NCBI GenBank assembly: GCA_003244255.1
Contig: QHCD01000011.1
Span: forward strand, 46,043 to 110,042
DNA length: 64,000 bases
Direction of reading: 5' to 3'
From: Pseudonocardiales bacterium
Lineage (GTDB): Bacteria; Actinomycetota; Actinomycetes; Mycobacteriales; QHCD01
The notes under the pieces are model-generated. The model did no database searches. It was not told the origin of the DNA and worked only from the letters and a program-made list of their open reading frames with translations. Numbering within the stretch: position 1 is the first letter of the stretch; every line of letters starts with the position of its first letter. Shown piece by piece: positions 22,548-33,371 of the stretch. The position numbers were made by a program, and so were the translations under genes.

Positions 22548-23561
22548 ATGAGGCGCTCGCGCCGCCGGGTCGGCTGGTTGGCCCTCGCTGTGATTGCCGT
22601 CCTGGCCGCCCAGGTCAGCGCGACCGGATCACATCTGCGGCCGGCCGCCGCCGCTGCCCAGGCCCGTAAGGTGCTCTGGATCGCGATGGAGAACCGCTCG
22701 TACAACGCGGTAATCGGCAACAACGCGGCAGCACCCTACATCAACGGCACCCTCGTCCCGCGCGGCGGCAACGCGACGAACATGCACAGCGAGAGCCATC
22801 CGAGCCTGCCGAACTACGTCGCCATGACCACGGGGTCCACACAGGGCATAGCCGACGACAAGAACCCGGCGGCCCACCCGCTCAGCAGCGCGAGCCTCTT
22901 CAGTCAGGTCGATCCGTCTTGGCGGGCCTACCAGGAGACCATGCCCGCCGCGTGCTATCGGCGGAACACTACATTCACAGCCGGCACCCAGTATGCCGTC
23001 CGACACAACCCTGCCAGCTACCTTGTCGCCGCGCCGATCAGCGCACCCCGCGCCGACTGCAACATCAACGACGAGCCGCTCGGCGCGGCGACGATGGGCG
23101 CCCTGGCCAACGACCTGGCCGCCGGACAGTTGCCGGAGTTCTCCTTCGTAACGCCGGGCATCTGTCACGACATGCACGCTGCGCCGGCGGGGCTGGCCTG
23201 CAGCCCCGCCAACTCGACCACCGCCGGCGACCAGTGGCTGGGCCAGCTGATGCCCCAGATCTTCGCCTCGCCCGACTACACCTCCGGGCAGCTGGTCGTC
23301 TTTGTGACCTGGGATGAAGGCACCGGTGGAGCGGGCATCAGGGGCATGGACTGCCTGTCCGAACAGTACCTCAGCGACGCGGGCTGTCACATCCCCACGC
23401 TGGTGTTCTCCACCAGCGTCACCCCCGGTGCCAGTGACGGGACATTCTTCTCCCACTACTCGATCCTGAAGACGACCGAGGAGTTGCTCGGTCAGCCGAC
23501 CACCGATCTGGGCAGCAACGTCTCCGATGCCAATTCGATGCTGAGCGCCTTCAGCCTCTGA
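22548..23561 (+). CDS. Secreted phosphoesterase-family protein (PLC/acid phosphatase-like)
   Basis: Starts at the ATG at 22548 after a GGGAGGG. Signal peptide MRRSRRRVGWLALAVIAVLAAQVSA, then VLWIAMENRSYNAVIG and SHPSLPNYVAMTTGS, typical of the PF04185-type phosphoesterases. Confidence 0.75.
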   Translation: MRRSRRRVGWLALAVIAVLAAQVSATGSHLRPAAAAAQARKVLWIAMENRSYNAVIGNNAAAPYINGTLVPRGGNATNMHSESHPSLPNYVAMTTGSTQGIADDKNPAAHPLSSASLFSQVDPSWRAYQETMPAACYRRNTTFTAGTQYAVRHNPASYLVAAPISAPRADCNINDEPLGAATMGALANDLAAGQLPEFSFVTPGICHDMHAAPAGLACSPANSTTAGDQWLGQLMPQIFASPDYTSGQLVVFVTWDEGTGGAGIRGMDCLSEQYLSDAGCHIPTLVFSTSVTPGASDGTFFSHYSILKTTEELLGQPTTDLGSNVSDANSMLSAFSL

Positions 23562-23710
23562 TGAAGCCGACCGCCGTCTGGCGCGACGGCCGGCCCATTG
23601 CTGCTCAGCGATCTGGTTGCGCATCGCCCCCGTAACGCCGTCCCGTCATCGGCGTCCTCGCCGAGCGGGGCCCGCTGGTCCGCGAGATGCCCCGCAGATC
23701 CGGAGTATCG

Positions 23711-24262
23711 ATGAGCAGCCTGCCCGACATCCTCGAGTCCCATGTCGCCACCGGTGCGGTGCCGGCGCGGTGAGCCTGGTGGCTCGCGGCGACCGGGTCG
23801 ACGTGCAGGCCGTCGGCTTGGCCGATGTCGACGGTGCCGCCGTGATGGCCAGAGACTCGAACTTCCGCTCTGCCTCGATCACCAAACCCATCACGGCAGC
23901 CGCGGTGATGATGCAGGTCGAGGATGGCCGGGTGTCCTGAGATCGCGCGAGTGACCGCTGCGCCGCTGCCTGAGTTCCTGACCGAGCGGCTGTTCGAACC
24001 GCTCGGCATGGTCGACACCGGATTTCGAACTGCCTGCGGCCAAACGTGACCGTCTAACCAGCTACTACCGGCCCGATCCAGCAGGCAGTCTCCAGCTGGC
24101 CGCCGCCCCCGACGGGCAGTGGAGCCCGGCCGGATCCGGGGGCTGGCCGGAATCGTCGACGACTGGTTCCGCTTTGCCCGGATGATCCTCGGTGAAGGGA
24201 CCGTCGACGGTCGCCGACTGCTGTCCCCGGAATCGCTGCGGCAGATGACGACCAATCACTGA
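23711..24262 (+). pseudogene. Remnant of a beta-lactamase-related serine hydrolase (frameshifts, internal deletion, truncation)
   Basis: Pieces of one family lie in different frames. First piece: MSSLPDILESHVATGAVP|GAVSLVARGDRVDVQAVGLADVDG..FRSASITKPITAAAVMMQVEDGRVS* (SxxK motif). Second piece: LPEFLTERLFEPLGMVDTGF. Third piece: GLAGIVDDWFRFARMILGEGTVDGRRLLSPESLRQMTTNH*. About 550 bp remain where intact genes need about 1.1-1.2 kb. Confidence 0.65.
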
Positions 24263-24308
24263 CTCAGACCCAGCGCGACATCGGCGAGTTGTTCCTCGAA
24301 GGCCCGGA

Positions 24309-25235
24309 TCAGCGCGCGAGCGCCTGCACCACCCTCGACGGGCTCGGGCGGCCGAGCCGCCCCGCCATCCAGATGCTGGTCGCCACCAACGCGCCGATGT
24401 CCACGCCCGTCTCGATACCGAGGCCGTCGAGCATCCACACCAGGTCCTCGGTGGCGAGGTTGCCCGTGGCACTCTCCGCGTACGGGCATCCGCCGAGGCC
24501 GCCAGCCGAGGAGTCCACAGTGGACACTCCGCACTGCAAGGCGGCGAGGGTGTTGGCGAGCGCCTGGCCGTACGTGTCGTGGAAGTGCACGGCGAGCGAC
24601 CCGACGTCGACATCGACGTCGCCGAACGCGTTGATCAACGCCGATACGTGGCCCGGCGTCCCGACGCCGATGGTGTCGCCGAGCGACAGCTCCCGGGCAC
24701 CGAGGTCGAGCAGCCGCTGGCCGGCGAGGACGACCTGCGCGATCGGCACCTCGCCCTCCCACGGGTCGCCGAAGCACATTGACAGGTAGGCCCGCACCCG
24801 CAGGCCGGCATCGGTGGCATCCGCCACGACGGGTGCGAACATCTCGAACTGCTCCTCGAACCCCCGGTTGAGGTTCCGGCGGGCGAAGGTCTCCGTGGCG
24901 CTGCCGAACACCGCGATCTCCTCGACCCCGAGCCCGAGCGCGCGATCCAGGCCGCGCCGATTGGGCACCAGCACCGGATAACGCACACCGCGGCCAGGGT
25001 CGAGCAACGGCATCAGCTGCTCTGCGTCGGCGAGCTGCGGCACCCACTCGGGCCGCACGAGACTGGTCGCCTCGATCACCGACAGGCCGGCGTCCGCAAG
25101 CCGGCGGATGAATTCCGTCTTCACGTCCGTCGAGACGACCGTCGACTCGTTCTGCAGCCCGTCGCGCGGGCCGACCTCGTAGACCGTCACCTGGGCGGGC
25201 AACCCGGCGTCGACGACTCGCAGCGGTGCGGGCAT
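24309..25235 (-). CDS. Hydroxymethylglutaryl-CoA lyase
   Basis: 308 aa: VYEVGPRDGLQNE...HFHDTYGQALANTLAALQCGV..DSSAGGLGGCPYA. The stop of the upstream carboxylase overlaps its ATG (TGATG). Confidence 0.94.
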   Translation of the reverse strand: MPAPLRVVDAGLPAQVTVYEVGPRDGLQNESTVVSTDVKTEFIRRLADAGLSVIEATSLVRPEWVPQLADAEQLMPLLDPGRGVRYPVLVPNRRGLDRALGLGVEEIAVFGSATETFARRNLNRGFEEQFEMFAPVVADATDAGLRVRAYLSMCFGDPWEGEVPIAQVVLAGQRLLDLGARELSLGDTIGVGTPGHVSALINAFGDVDVDVGSLAVHFHDTYGQALANTLAALQCGVSTVDSSAGGLGGCPYAESATGNLATEDLVWMLDGLGIETGVDIGALVATSIWMAGRLGRPSPSRVVQALAR

Positions 25236-27220
25236 CAGCGCTCGTCGGGCCCGACGACGACGGCCAGCACCTCGTCCATCGCCACCGTCTGTCCCTTGTG
25301 GACACGCAGTTCGCCGACGACGCCGTCGATGGGGGCGGTAAGTGTGTGCTCCATCTTCATGGCCTCGACGACGACGAGTGTGGCGCCTGCAATGACCCGA
25401 TCCCCCGTTGCGACCCGCACCTCGACCACGACGCCGGGCAGCGGCGCGACCACGGGTCCACCACCGCCGGCTGACGACTCCCGCCTAGCCGCCTGCAGAC
25501 GCTCCTGCTCGTACACCGCCCAGGCGGCGCCGTCGCGCGCCAGCCACACCCACGGGCCGTCGACGGCGCAGAGGTAACGCGAACAGACGCCGTCGGCCGT
25601 CACCGCCAGCAGGTCGCCGTCGAGGCGGGCGGTGACCCGATGCGCTGTGCCGTCTCCGACGGCGATCTCGGCGCCGGAACACCGCCCGCGCGCCCGCACC
25701 TCGACCGCATCGCCACCGGCCCGCATCGACCACGACGTCCAAGCGTGCTCGCCCACCCGCCAGCCGCCGGGGATGTCGAACGGATCGACGACGGCGCCGG
25801 CGGGTTCGGCGACGACGAGTCTGGCGACGGCCGCCGCGACCAGCGCGGGCTCGACGCCGTCCACAGTGGACAGTTGCTCGATGCGGCGCTCGACGAGGCC
25901 GGTGTCCAGATTGCCGGCGACGACGTCGTCATCACGGACGAGGCGCCGCAGGAACTCGACGTTCGTGTGCAGGCCGAGCACGGCGGTCTGACCCAACGCG
26001 GTATCGAGCCGGCGCAGCGCGCCGGACCGGTCGGGTGCCCAGGCGACCACCTTGGCGAGCATCGGGTCGTAGTCGGTGCCGATGGTAATCCCCTGTCGCA
26101 GGGCGGAATCCACCCGCACATGCTCGCCGGTCGGCTCGCGCAGCGCGAGCACCTTGCCGGCCGACGGCAGGAAACCGCGGGCCGGATCCTCGGCGTAGAC
26201 GCGCGCCTCGACGGCGTGACCGGTGATCGCGATGTCGGATTGAGTGAGGCGGAGCGGCTCGTCCGCCGCCACGCGCAGCTGCAGTTCGACCAGGTCGTAA
26301 CCGGTGACCATCTCGGTGACCGGGTGCTCGACCTGCAGTCTCGTGTTCATCTCCATGAAGAAGAAGTGATCGGGCGCGCCGCCGTCGACGATGAACTCCA
26401 CCGTGCCGGCGCCGGTGTAGCCGACCGAGCGCGCGGCCTCGACCGCCGCCGCACCCATTGACGCGCGCTGGTCGGCCGAGAGCAACGCCGAGGGCGCTTC
26501 TTCGACGATCTTCTGATGGCGGCGCTGCAGGCTGCATTCCCGCTCGCCCAAGTGGATCACGCCGCCGTGCGCATCGGCCATGACCTGGATTTCGATGTGC
26601 CGCGGATCGGTGACGAACCGCTCGACCAGCAGTGTGTCGTCGCCGAACGACGCACGTGCCTCGCGCCGCGCGCCGGCGATGGCGTCGACGAGCTCGGCTT
26701 CCGCCCGTACCAGCCGCATACCCTTGCCGCCGCCGCCGGCCGACGGCTTGACCAGCACCGGGAGCCCGAGCTCGATCGCCGCGGTGCGCAGGGCGGCATC
26801 GTCCATGCCTGGTTCGCCGCGGCCCGGCACCACAGGCACGCCTGCGGCGGCCACCCGCGCCTTGGCGGCGATCTTGTCGCCCATCGTGTCGATGGCCTCG
26901 GCCGGTGGGCCGATGAACACGATGCCGGCGTCGGCGCATGCACGCGCGAATCCAGCGTTCTCCGACAGGAAGCCGTAGCCGGGATGGATCGCCTGTGCGC
27001 CAGTCCTCCTGGCGGCCGCGATGACGGCATTGGCGTCGAGGTAGCTCAACGCGGCGGGCGGGGGACCGAGCCGAACCGCGGTGTCGGCGTCGCGGACGTG
27101 CGAGGCGTCGGCATCCGCGTCGCTGAAGACGGCGATCGAGCGGATGCCGAGTCGGTGGAGCGTACGGATAACCCGTACGGCGATCTCGCCACGGTTGGCG
27201 ACCAGCACGCTGGTGAGCAT
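25235..27220 (-). CDS. accA1: Acyl-CoA (3-methylcrotonyl-CoA-type) carboxylase alpha subunit: biotin carboxylase plus BCCP
   Basis: 661 aa. N-terminus [16 protein letters not shown], an ATP-grasp domain, and the C-terminal biotinylation motif VVEAMKMEH. Confidence 0.93.
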   Translation of the reverse strand: MLTSVLVANRGEIAVRVIRTLHRLGIRSIAVFSDADADASHVRDADTAVRLGPPPAALSYLDANAVIAAARRTGAQAIHPGYGFLSENAGFARACADAGIVFIGPPAEAIDTMGDKIAAKARVAAAGVPVVPGRGEPGMDDAALRTAAIELGLPVLVKPSAGGGGKGMRLVRAEAELVDAIAGARREARASFGDDTLLVERFVTDPRHIEIQVMADAHGGVIHLGERECSLQRRHQKIVEEAPSALLSADQRASMGAAAVEAARSVGYTGAGTVEFIVDGGAPDHFFFMEMNTRLQVEHPVTEMVTGYDLVELQLRVAADEPLRLTQSDIAITGHAVEARVYAEDPARGFLPSAGKVLALREPTGEHVRVDSALRQGITIGTDYDPMLAKVVAWAPDRSGALRRLDTALGQTAVLGLHTNVEFLRRLVRDDDVVAGNLDTGLVERRIEQLSTVDGVEPALVAAAVARLVVAEPAGAVVDPFDIPGGWRVGEHAWTSWSMRAGGDAVEVRARGRCSGAEIAVGDGTAHRVTARLDGDLLAVTADGVCSRYLCAVDGPWVWLARDGAAWAVYEQERLQAARRESSAGGGGPVVAPLPGVVVEVRVATGDRVIAGATLVVVEAMKMEHTLTAPIDGVVGELRVHKGQTVAMDEVLAVVVGPDER

Positions 27221-27226
27221 CGGGCG

Positions 27227-28840
27227 CTACATCCGGAAGACGCCGTAGTTGACCGGCTCGAGCGGTGCGTTGGCGCACGCCGAGAGCGCCAGCCCCAGCA
27301 CGGTGCGGGTATCGAGCGGGTCGATCACGCCGTCGTCCCAGATGCGTGCGGTGGCGTAATAGGGATGACCCTGGCGCTCGTACTGCTCGCGTACCGGTGC
27401 CTTCAATGCCTCCTGCTCCGACGGCGGCCAGGATTCGCCGCGGCCCTCGTACTGTTCGGCCCGCACGGTGGCGAGCACCGACGCGGCCTGCTCGCCACCC
27501 ATCACCGAGATGCGTGCGTTCGGCCACATCCACAGGAAACGGGGTGCATAGGCCCGGCCGCACATCGAGTAGTTCCCGGCGCCGAACGAACCACCGATGA
27601 TCACGGTCAGCTTGGGCACCCGAGCGCACGCGACCGCGGTCACCATCTTGGCGCCGTGCTTGGCGATTCCACCGGCTTCGTAGTCGCGACCTACCATGAA
27701 ACCGGAGATGTTCTGCAAGAACACCAACGGAATCCGGCGCCGGTCGCAGAGCTCGATGAAATGTGCCCCCTTCATCGCCGATTCCGAGAACAGGATGCCG
27801 TTGCTGGCGACGACGCCAACCGGATGTCCGTGCAGGCGCGCGAACCCGGTGACGAGCGTCGGACCGTAGAGCGCCTTGAACTCGGCGAACCGGCTGCCGT
27901 CGACTATGCGGGCGATCGTCTCGCGCACGTCGTAGGGCGTGCGCGAATCGGGTGGCACGACGCCGTAGAGACTTGCCGGGTCGACGGCGGGATCCTCGGT
28001 GGGCTCGACGTTCCACGGCCGGTCCGCGCGCGGCCCGAGCGTGCCGACAATCGTGCGCACGATCTGCAACGCGTGCGCGTCATCATCGGCCAGATGGTCG
28101 GTGACTCCGGAGGTGCGCGAGTGCAGGTCCCCGCCGCCCAGGTCCTCGGCACTCACCACCTCGCCCGTCGCCGCCCGCACCAGCGGTGGCCCGCCGAGGA
28201 AGATCGTGCCCTGGTTGCGGACGATCACCGCCTCGTCGCTCATCGCCGGCACGTAGGCGCCGCCGGCGGTACACGAGCCGAGCACGGCGGCGATCTGCGG
28301 GATGCCGCGCGCCGACATCGTCGCCTGGTTGTAGAAGATCCGGCCGAAGTGCTCGCGGTCGGGGAAGACGTCGTCCTGCATCGGCAGGAATGCGCCCCCG
28401 GAGTCGACCAGGTAGATGCACGGCAGCCGGTTGTGCAGCGCGATCTCCTGCGCGCGCAGGTGTTTCTTGACCGTCAACGGATAGTACGTGCCGCCCTTGA
28501 CCGTTGCGTCGTTGGCGACGACAACGCATTCGCGGCCGGCCACCCGGCCGACGCCGGTGATGATTCCGGCGGCCGGCGCATCGCCGTCATAGAGGCCTAG
28601 GGCCGCGAGTGGCGAGAGCTCGAGGAACGGCGAGCCGGGGTCGACCAGGGCGTCGACGCGGTCTCGCGGCAGCAACTTGCCGCGCTCGACGTGCCGGGTC
28701 CGGGCCCGCTCGCTGCCACCGAGCGCGACCTCGGCCAGCCGGGCCCGGAGGTCGCCGACCAGCGCACGATGCGCGGCAACGTTGCTGGTGAATGCCTCGC
28801 TCGTGGGGTCGGCCGCGCTGCCGAGCACCGGTGCGTCCAC
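27227..28840 (-). CDS. accD1: Methylcrotonyl-CoA-type carboxyltransferase beta subunit
   Basis: 537 aa of the carboxyltransferase family ([45 protein letters not shown]). It sits directly upstream of the alpha subunit. Confidence 0.93.
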   Translation of the reverse strand: MDAPVLGSAADPTSEAFTSNVAAHRALVGDLRARLAEVALGGSERARTRHVERGKLLPRDRVDALVDPGSPFLELSPLAALGLYDGDAPAAGIITGVGRVAGRECVVVANDATVKGGTYYPLTVKKHLRAQEIALHNRLPCIYLVDSGGAFLPMQDDVFPDREHFGRIFYNQATMSARGIPQIAAVLGSCTAGGAYVPAMSDEAVIVRNQGTIFLGGPPLVRAATGEVVSAEDLGGGDLHSRTSGVTDHLADDDAHALQIVRTIVGTLGPRADRPWNVEPTEDPAVDPASLYGVVPPDSRTPYDVRETIARIVDGSRFAEFKALYGPTLVTGFARLHGHPVGVVASNGILFSESAMKGAHFIELCDRRRIPLVFLQNISGFMVGRDYEAGGIAKHGAKMVTAVACARVPKLTVIIGGSFGAGNYSMCGRAYAPRFLWMWPNARISVMGGEQAASVLATVRAEQYEGRGESWPPSEQEALKAPVREQYERQGHPYYATARIWDDGVIDPLDTRTVLGLALSACANAPLEPVNYGVFRM

Positions 28841-28850
28841 GACCGCGATG

Positions 28851-30275
28851 CTATCGACCGTCGGACTCGAGCAGACGCAACCAGACCTCGCTCACGGTCG
28901 GGTAGGACGGTACGGCGTGCCACAGCCGATCCAGTGGCACCTCACCCACGACGGCGATCGTCGCGGCATGCAGCAGCTCGCCGACGTCGGGGCCGACGAA
29001 TGTCGCGCCCAGGATCACGTCGCGGCCGTCGTCGATGACGAGCTTCGCCTTGCCCGCGTAACCGTCGGCGCGAACCGCGGCGCCGGCGATGTTGCCGAGG
29101 TCGTACTCGACGGTCCGGATCGCCAGTCCCTCGTCTCGCGCGGCCTTCTCGGTGCGGCCCACCGACGCGACCTGCGGGTCGGTGAAGGTCACCGCGGGCA
29201 CGGCGTGATGATCAGCTGTCGCGGTGTAGGGCGACCATACGGCGTGCGGGTCGACCGATTCGCCGCGGGCACGCGCGACGATCGCGTCACCGCAAGCGCG
29301 CGCGGCGTACTTGCCCATGTGCGTGAGCAGCGCGCGGCCGGTGACGTCGCCCGCGGCGTAGAGCCAGTCGAGGCCGTCTACTGCGCCGGTGTCGTCGACG
29401 GGCAGCCACTTCTGCGGCGCGATGCCGACGGAGTCGAGACCGAGGGAATCCAGCCCGGCGCGGCGCCCGGCGGCGACGAGCAAGGCGTCGGCGGTCACGG
29501 CACCGTCGGCCAGGTGCAAGGTTGTCGATCCGTCTCCGGCGCGGCTCACGCGCGACACCTCGGCACCGATCCGCACGTCGACGCCGGCGTCGCGCAGGGC
29601 GGCTGCGACTGCCTCGCCGGCGAACGGCTCGTTCGCGGCGAGCAGCGACGGCAACACCTCGATCAGGGTCACGGTCGCGCCCAGCGCGCTGTACGCAGTC
29701 GCCATCTCGCATCCGACCACCCCACCGCCCAGAACGGCCAGCCGGCCGGGGATTTCCTTGGCGCTGGTGGCTTCCCGTGCCGTCCAGGGCCGCGCGTCGG
29801 CGAGTCCGTCGACGGGTGGCAGCGATGCCTGCGAGCCGGTGCAGACGACCACGGCGTGGTTCGCATGTAGAACGAGGTCGCCGCCGTTCTCGACCTCGAC
29901 CCGCACCGTCTTCTCGCCATCGAGTCGCCCGCGTCCCCGCACGACGTCGATGTTCTTGCCCGTCGCCCATTTCACCTGGCTCGCGTCGTCCCAGTTGCTG
30001 GTGAAGCCGTTGCGCCGTTCGAGCGTCGCCGCCACGCCGAGCTCTCCTGTGACCGCTGCAGCCGCGCCCTTGACGGCCCGCGCCGCGCCGACGACCTCGG
30101 GGCCGCGCAGCAGCGCCTTGCTCGGCATGCAGGCCCAGTAGGAACACTCGCCGCCGACCAGCTCGGCCTCCACGAGCGCCGCCGTCAGCCCGCCACGCAC
30201 CGACCGTTCGGCGACGTTCTCGCCGGTCGATCCGGCACCGATGACGACGACGTCGTAGGTCTTCTCAGCAGCCAT
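28851..30275 (-). CDS. Class I pyridine nucleotide-disulfide oxidoreductase (LpdA-like flavoprotein)
   Basis: Starts at the ATG at 30275 after a GAGG. Sequence: [19 protein letters not shown], redox motif [13 protein letters not shown], and a second GxGxxG ([12 protein letters not shown]). Confidence 0.88.
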   Translation of the reverse strand: MAAEKTYDVVVIGAGSTGENVAERSVRGGLTAALVEAELVGGECSYWACMPSKALLRGPEVVGAARAVKGAAAAVTGELGVAATLERRNGFTSNWDDASQVKWATGKNIDVVRGRGRLDGEKTVRVEVENGGDLVLHANHAVVVCTGSQASLPPVDGLADARPWTAREATSAKEIPGRLAVLGGGVVGCEMATAYSALGATVTLIEVLPSLLAANEPFAGEAVAAALRDAGVDVRIGAEVSRVSRAGDGSTTLHLADGAVTADALLVAAGRRAGLDSLGLDSVGIAPQKWLPVDDTGAVDGLDWLYAAGDVTGRALLTHMGKYAARACGDAIVARARGESVDPHAVWSPYTATADHHAVPAVTFTDPQVASVGRTEKAARDEGLAIRTVEYDLGNIAGAAVRADGYAGKAKLVIDDGRDVILGATFVGPDVGELLHAATIAVVGEVPLDRLWHAVPSYPTVSEVWLRLLESDGR

Positions 30276-30315
30276 CAGCGCAGCCTCGCACATCGCGCGC
30301 CGATACGGTCAGGGC

Positions 30316-30810
30316 GTGGCTAGTTCCCTCGACTCCGCCAGCTTCCGGGCCGTGGTCGGTTCGTTCGCGACCGGGGTGACCGTCGTCACGGTCCGCGACG
30401 GCGACGACGACGTCGGGATCACCTCGACGGCGTTCTGCTCCGTGTCGCTGACGCCGGCGCTGGTGCTGGTGGCGATCAACTCGGTGTCCTATGTGGACGA
30501 GGTGCTGGCACGGCAGGAGCGGTTCGCGGTGTCGTTGCTCGGTGCCGGGCAGGCGAGCATCGCGAGCAGGTTCGCGGTAGCCGGCCGACCGAGCGCGCGA
30601 CTGCTGCTCGCGGACCTCGCCCACCACCGCGGTGAGCACAGTGCGGCCCTGATCGTCGACGGCGCCGCCGCCGCATTCGAGTGCGTCGTCGCCGGGCGCG
30701 AACCCGGCGGTGACCACAGCTTGGTGCTCGGCGCGGTTTCGCGGGTCGACTACCTCGACGAGCAGCGCGAGCCCCTGATCCACTTCCGTGGCCGCTACCG
30801 CTCGTGGTGA
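30316..30810 (+). CDS. Flavin reductase (FMN-binding split barrel)
   Basis: 164 aa: FRAVVGSFATGVTVVT...GITSTAFCSVSLTPALVLVAI...GGDHSLVLGAV. Confidence 0.88.
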   Translation: MASSLDSASFRAVVGSFATGVTVVTVRDGDDDVGITSTAFCSVSLTPALVLVAINSVSYVDEVLARQERFAVSLLGAGQASIASRFAVAGRPSARLLLADLAHHRGEHSAALIVDGAAAAFECVVAGREPGGDHSLVLGAVSRVDYLDEQREPLIHFRGRYRSW

Positions 30811-30816
30811 GGCATC

Positions 30817-31299
30817 TCAGTCTTCAGCGTCCGGCAGCACGGGACCAATAGCTGGCGCCAGCGGAGCGAGGTCGAAGGGCCGCACGACGGCCCGCCGCCG
30901 GATCCGCCAGCCGTGTTCGGGATCTCGCCGGTATTCGTCGTCGTAGGAACCGCCACCGACGATCCACTGCAGATCAGGCAGTTGCACGATGACGACGGCG
31001 TCGCAGCGACCGGTCGCGTGATCGCCGTCGATCGCCACGACGTGGTTGGACGTCGCGTGCAGCATGATGGGAAACGTCTCCCACTGGCGGCGTACGGCGG
31101 CGGTGATCGCGTCGATGCCCGTGAACGTGTGATCGGGATCATCGCCGGCCGCCCACACTGCATCCGTTGTCCAGACCGAGAGCCAGCGACCCTCATCGCG
31201 ATGATCGGCGCCGGCACAGTAGTCGTGGGCAAGCCGGTACAGCGCCAGCTCAGACTCCACCCGGTCGAGGCGCGCGACCAGCTCGTCGATCGTCGTCAT
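30817..31299 (-). CDS. SnoaL-like / NTF2-fold protein
   Basis: Starts at the ATG at 31299. Sequence: IDELVARLDRVESELALYRLAHDYCAGADHRDEGRWLSVWTTDAVW, typical of the SnoaL_4 family. Confidence 0.75.
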   Translation of the reverse strand: MTTIDELVARLDRVESELALYRLAHDYCAGADHRDEGRWLSVWTTDAVWAAGDDPDHTFTGIDAITAAVRRQWETFPIMLHATSNHVVAIDGDHATGRCDAVVIVQLPDLQWIVGGGSYDDEYRRDPEHGWRIRRRAVVRPFDLAPLAPAIGPVLPDAED

Positions 31300-31402
31300 G
31301 GCTGCGACGCTAGCGGCGCGTCGTCCAGGACCGCCCGTTCGCGGTACCAGTCGTTTCAAAGATATGTTGGCAACGGGTCGTTGGGAACACTACTCTGGCG
31401 CC

Positions 31403-32035
31403 ATGAGCAGAGACCGCCCTCCGGTTGACGGCGGCGAGAAACCGGGCTGGCACGCCGATCCGGCCCGCGACCTGGTGCTGAACGATGCGCAGGCGCTGCG
31501 CGGGCTGGCGCACCCCATCCGGCTGAAGCTACTGAGGCTGCTGCGGTTCGACGGGCCGTCGACGGCCAGCCGGCTGGCCGCGCGCCTGGGCCTGTCGAGC
31601 GCGGCGACGAGCTACCACCTGCGGCAGCTCGCGATGCACGGTTTCATCGTCCCGGCCGACCCACCCGAGACCGAACACGTCCATCACAACGACAGGTGGT
31701 GGCGATCCGCGCATCGCCGCACGTACATGCAGGTCGAGCCGGCGACCCCCGAGCAGGCCGAGAACGTCGAGGGTTACCTGCGCGCGGTCGCCGGCATGTA
31801 CGCAGACAACGTGCAGGCGCACCTCGACGAGGCGTCGACGCTGCCGAGGGCCTGGGCGGACATCAGCGAGATCAGCGACATGCTTCTCTACCTGACGCCG
31901 CGGCAGACGGTGCAGCTGCGCCACGAGCTGGCCGAGCTGTTGCAGCGCTACCAGGCCGACGCGGCGAAGCGACCGGCCCGGGCCCGCGGGGTCATCGTGC
32001 AGTACCAGGTCTTCCCCCGACCGGGCCGGCCATGA
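31403..32035 (+). CDS. ArsR-type winged-helix transcriptional regulator
   Basis: Starts at the ATG at 31403. Sequence: LRGLAHPIRLKLLRLLRFDGPSTASRLAARLGLSSAATSYHLRQLAMHGFI. Its stop overlaps the next ATG (ATGA). Confidence 0.85.
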   Translation: MSRDRPPVDGGEKPGWHADPARDLVLNDAQALRGLAHPIRLKLLRLLRFDGPSTASRLAARLGLSSAATSYHLRQLAMHGFIVPADPPETEHVHHNDRWWRSAHRRTYMQVEPATPEQAENVEGYLRAVAGMYADNVQAHLDEASTLPRAWADISEISDMLLYLTPRQTVQLRHELAELLQRYQADAAKRPARARGVIVQYQVFPRPGRP

Positions 32036-33346
32036 CGGCACCGGGCAACGGCCCGGCCCGTCGTTACCGGCCGCTGGCCGCGCTGCTCGCGGCGTCGTGG
32101 ATCTCGCTGACCGGAACCCGCATCTCGATGATCGCCGTGCCGTGGCTGGTATTGCAGAGCACCGGCAGCCCGGCGCGCACCGGCATCGTCGCATTCGCGG
32201 AGATGGCGCCGTATGTCGTGGTGAAGGCGCTGTGCGGGCCGGTCATCGATCGGTACGGACCCCGGCGGGTCAGCGTCATCGCGAACGCCGGCAGCGCCGT
32301 GTTGGTGGCGCTGGTGCCGTTGCTGCACGGCATCGGCAGCCTGCATTTCGCGACGCTGGTGGTCGTCGTCAGCGGTGTGGGCACCCTGAGCGGGCCGGCG
32401 GGGACGGCCGAGTACACCTTGACGGCGTCGGTGTCGAGCACGGGAAGATCCCGCTCGAACGCGTCACCGGTCTGTCCGACGGCGTGAACCGGCTCGCCTG
32501 TGTGGTCGGGCCGCTGATCGCCGCCGAGCTGGTCGCCGGCGTCGGACCCGCACCGGCGCTGGTGGCCGACGCGGTGTCGTTCGTGCTGGCGGCCGTGATC
32601 GTGGGGATCGGCGTGCCGGAGGCACGAAGAGCAACGCCGCCGATGTACCGACGGAGCCGGAACAGCTTGCGACGTCTGGGTTTGCGGCGTATCGCGCACA
32701 GCTGCGAAGCGGAGCCGCGTACCTGCGGGGCGACGGACTGCTCACCTCGATCTCGCTGATGGTCGCAGCGACCAACCTGCTCGATCAGGCGATGGGCGCC
32801 GTGCTGCTCCCGGTGTGGGCGAAGCACACCGGCGGTGGCCCGCGCGCGATCGGCGCCGTCGCTGCGGCGCTTGCGGGCACGGCCGTCGTCGGCAGCCTGT
32901 TTGCGGCCTGGCGCGGCAATCGGCTGCCGCGGCGGCTGACCTTCACGATTTCCTACCTGCTCGGCGGTTGCCCGCGGTACTTCGCCCTCGCTCTCGGCCT
33001 GCCGCTGTGGGCTGTCCTCTGCGTGTACCTGGTCGGCGGGTTCGGCATCGGCACGATCAACCCGATCATCGCCGCCGTCGAGGTGCAGCGGGTGCCGGCG
33101 CCGTTGCGGGGTCGGGTCTTCGCCCTCACCGGTGCCCTGTCGTGGGTGGGCATCCCGTTCGGCGGCCTGATCGGCGGCGGCGTGGCCGAGGCGGCCGGGC
33201 TGAAGGTGGCACTCGTTGGTTGCGGCGTCGCGTACCTCGGGGCGACGCTGCTGCCGGCGCTGCGGCCGGAGTGGCGGGACATGGACGGCGGCTACGAGAC
33301 CGCCGGCGCGCGTGCCGAACCGAGTGGGAAAGGGCTTGCGGCGTAG
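32032..33346 (+). pseudogene. MFS (MFS_3/EntS-like) transporter split across three reading frames
   Basis: A colinear MFS sequence is spread over three frames. Frame 1 (32032-~32400): RISMIAVPWLVLQSTGSPARTGIVAFAEMAPYVV. Frame 0 (~32400-~32650): PLERVTGLSDGVNRLACVVGPLIAAELV. Frame 2 (~32670-33346): AAYLRGDGLLTSISLMVAATNLLDQAMGAVLLPVW... Confidence 0.6.
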
Positions 33347-33371
33347 GCGAATCCGGGCTAGAATCGAACGC

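Noticed and set aside
25932-28600. 694-aa ORFs 25932..28016 (-) and 26516..28600 (+)
   Set aside because: They are off-frame or antisense to the biotin carboxylase and carboxyltransferase genes and have a shadow-frame composition.
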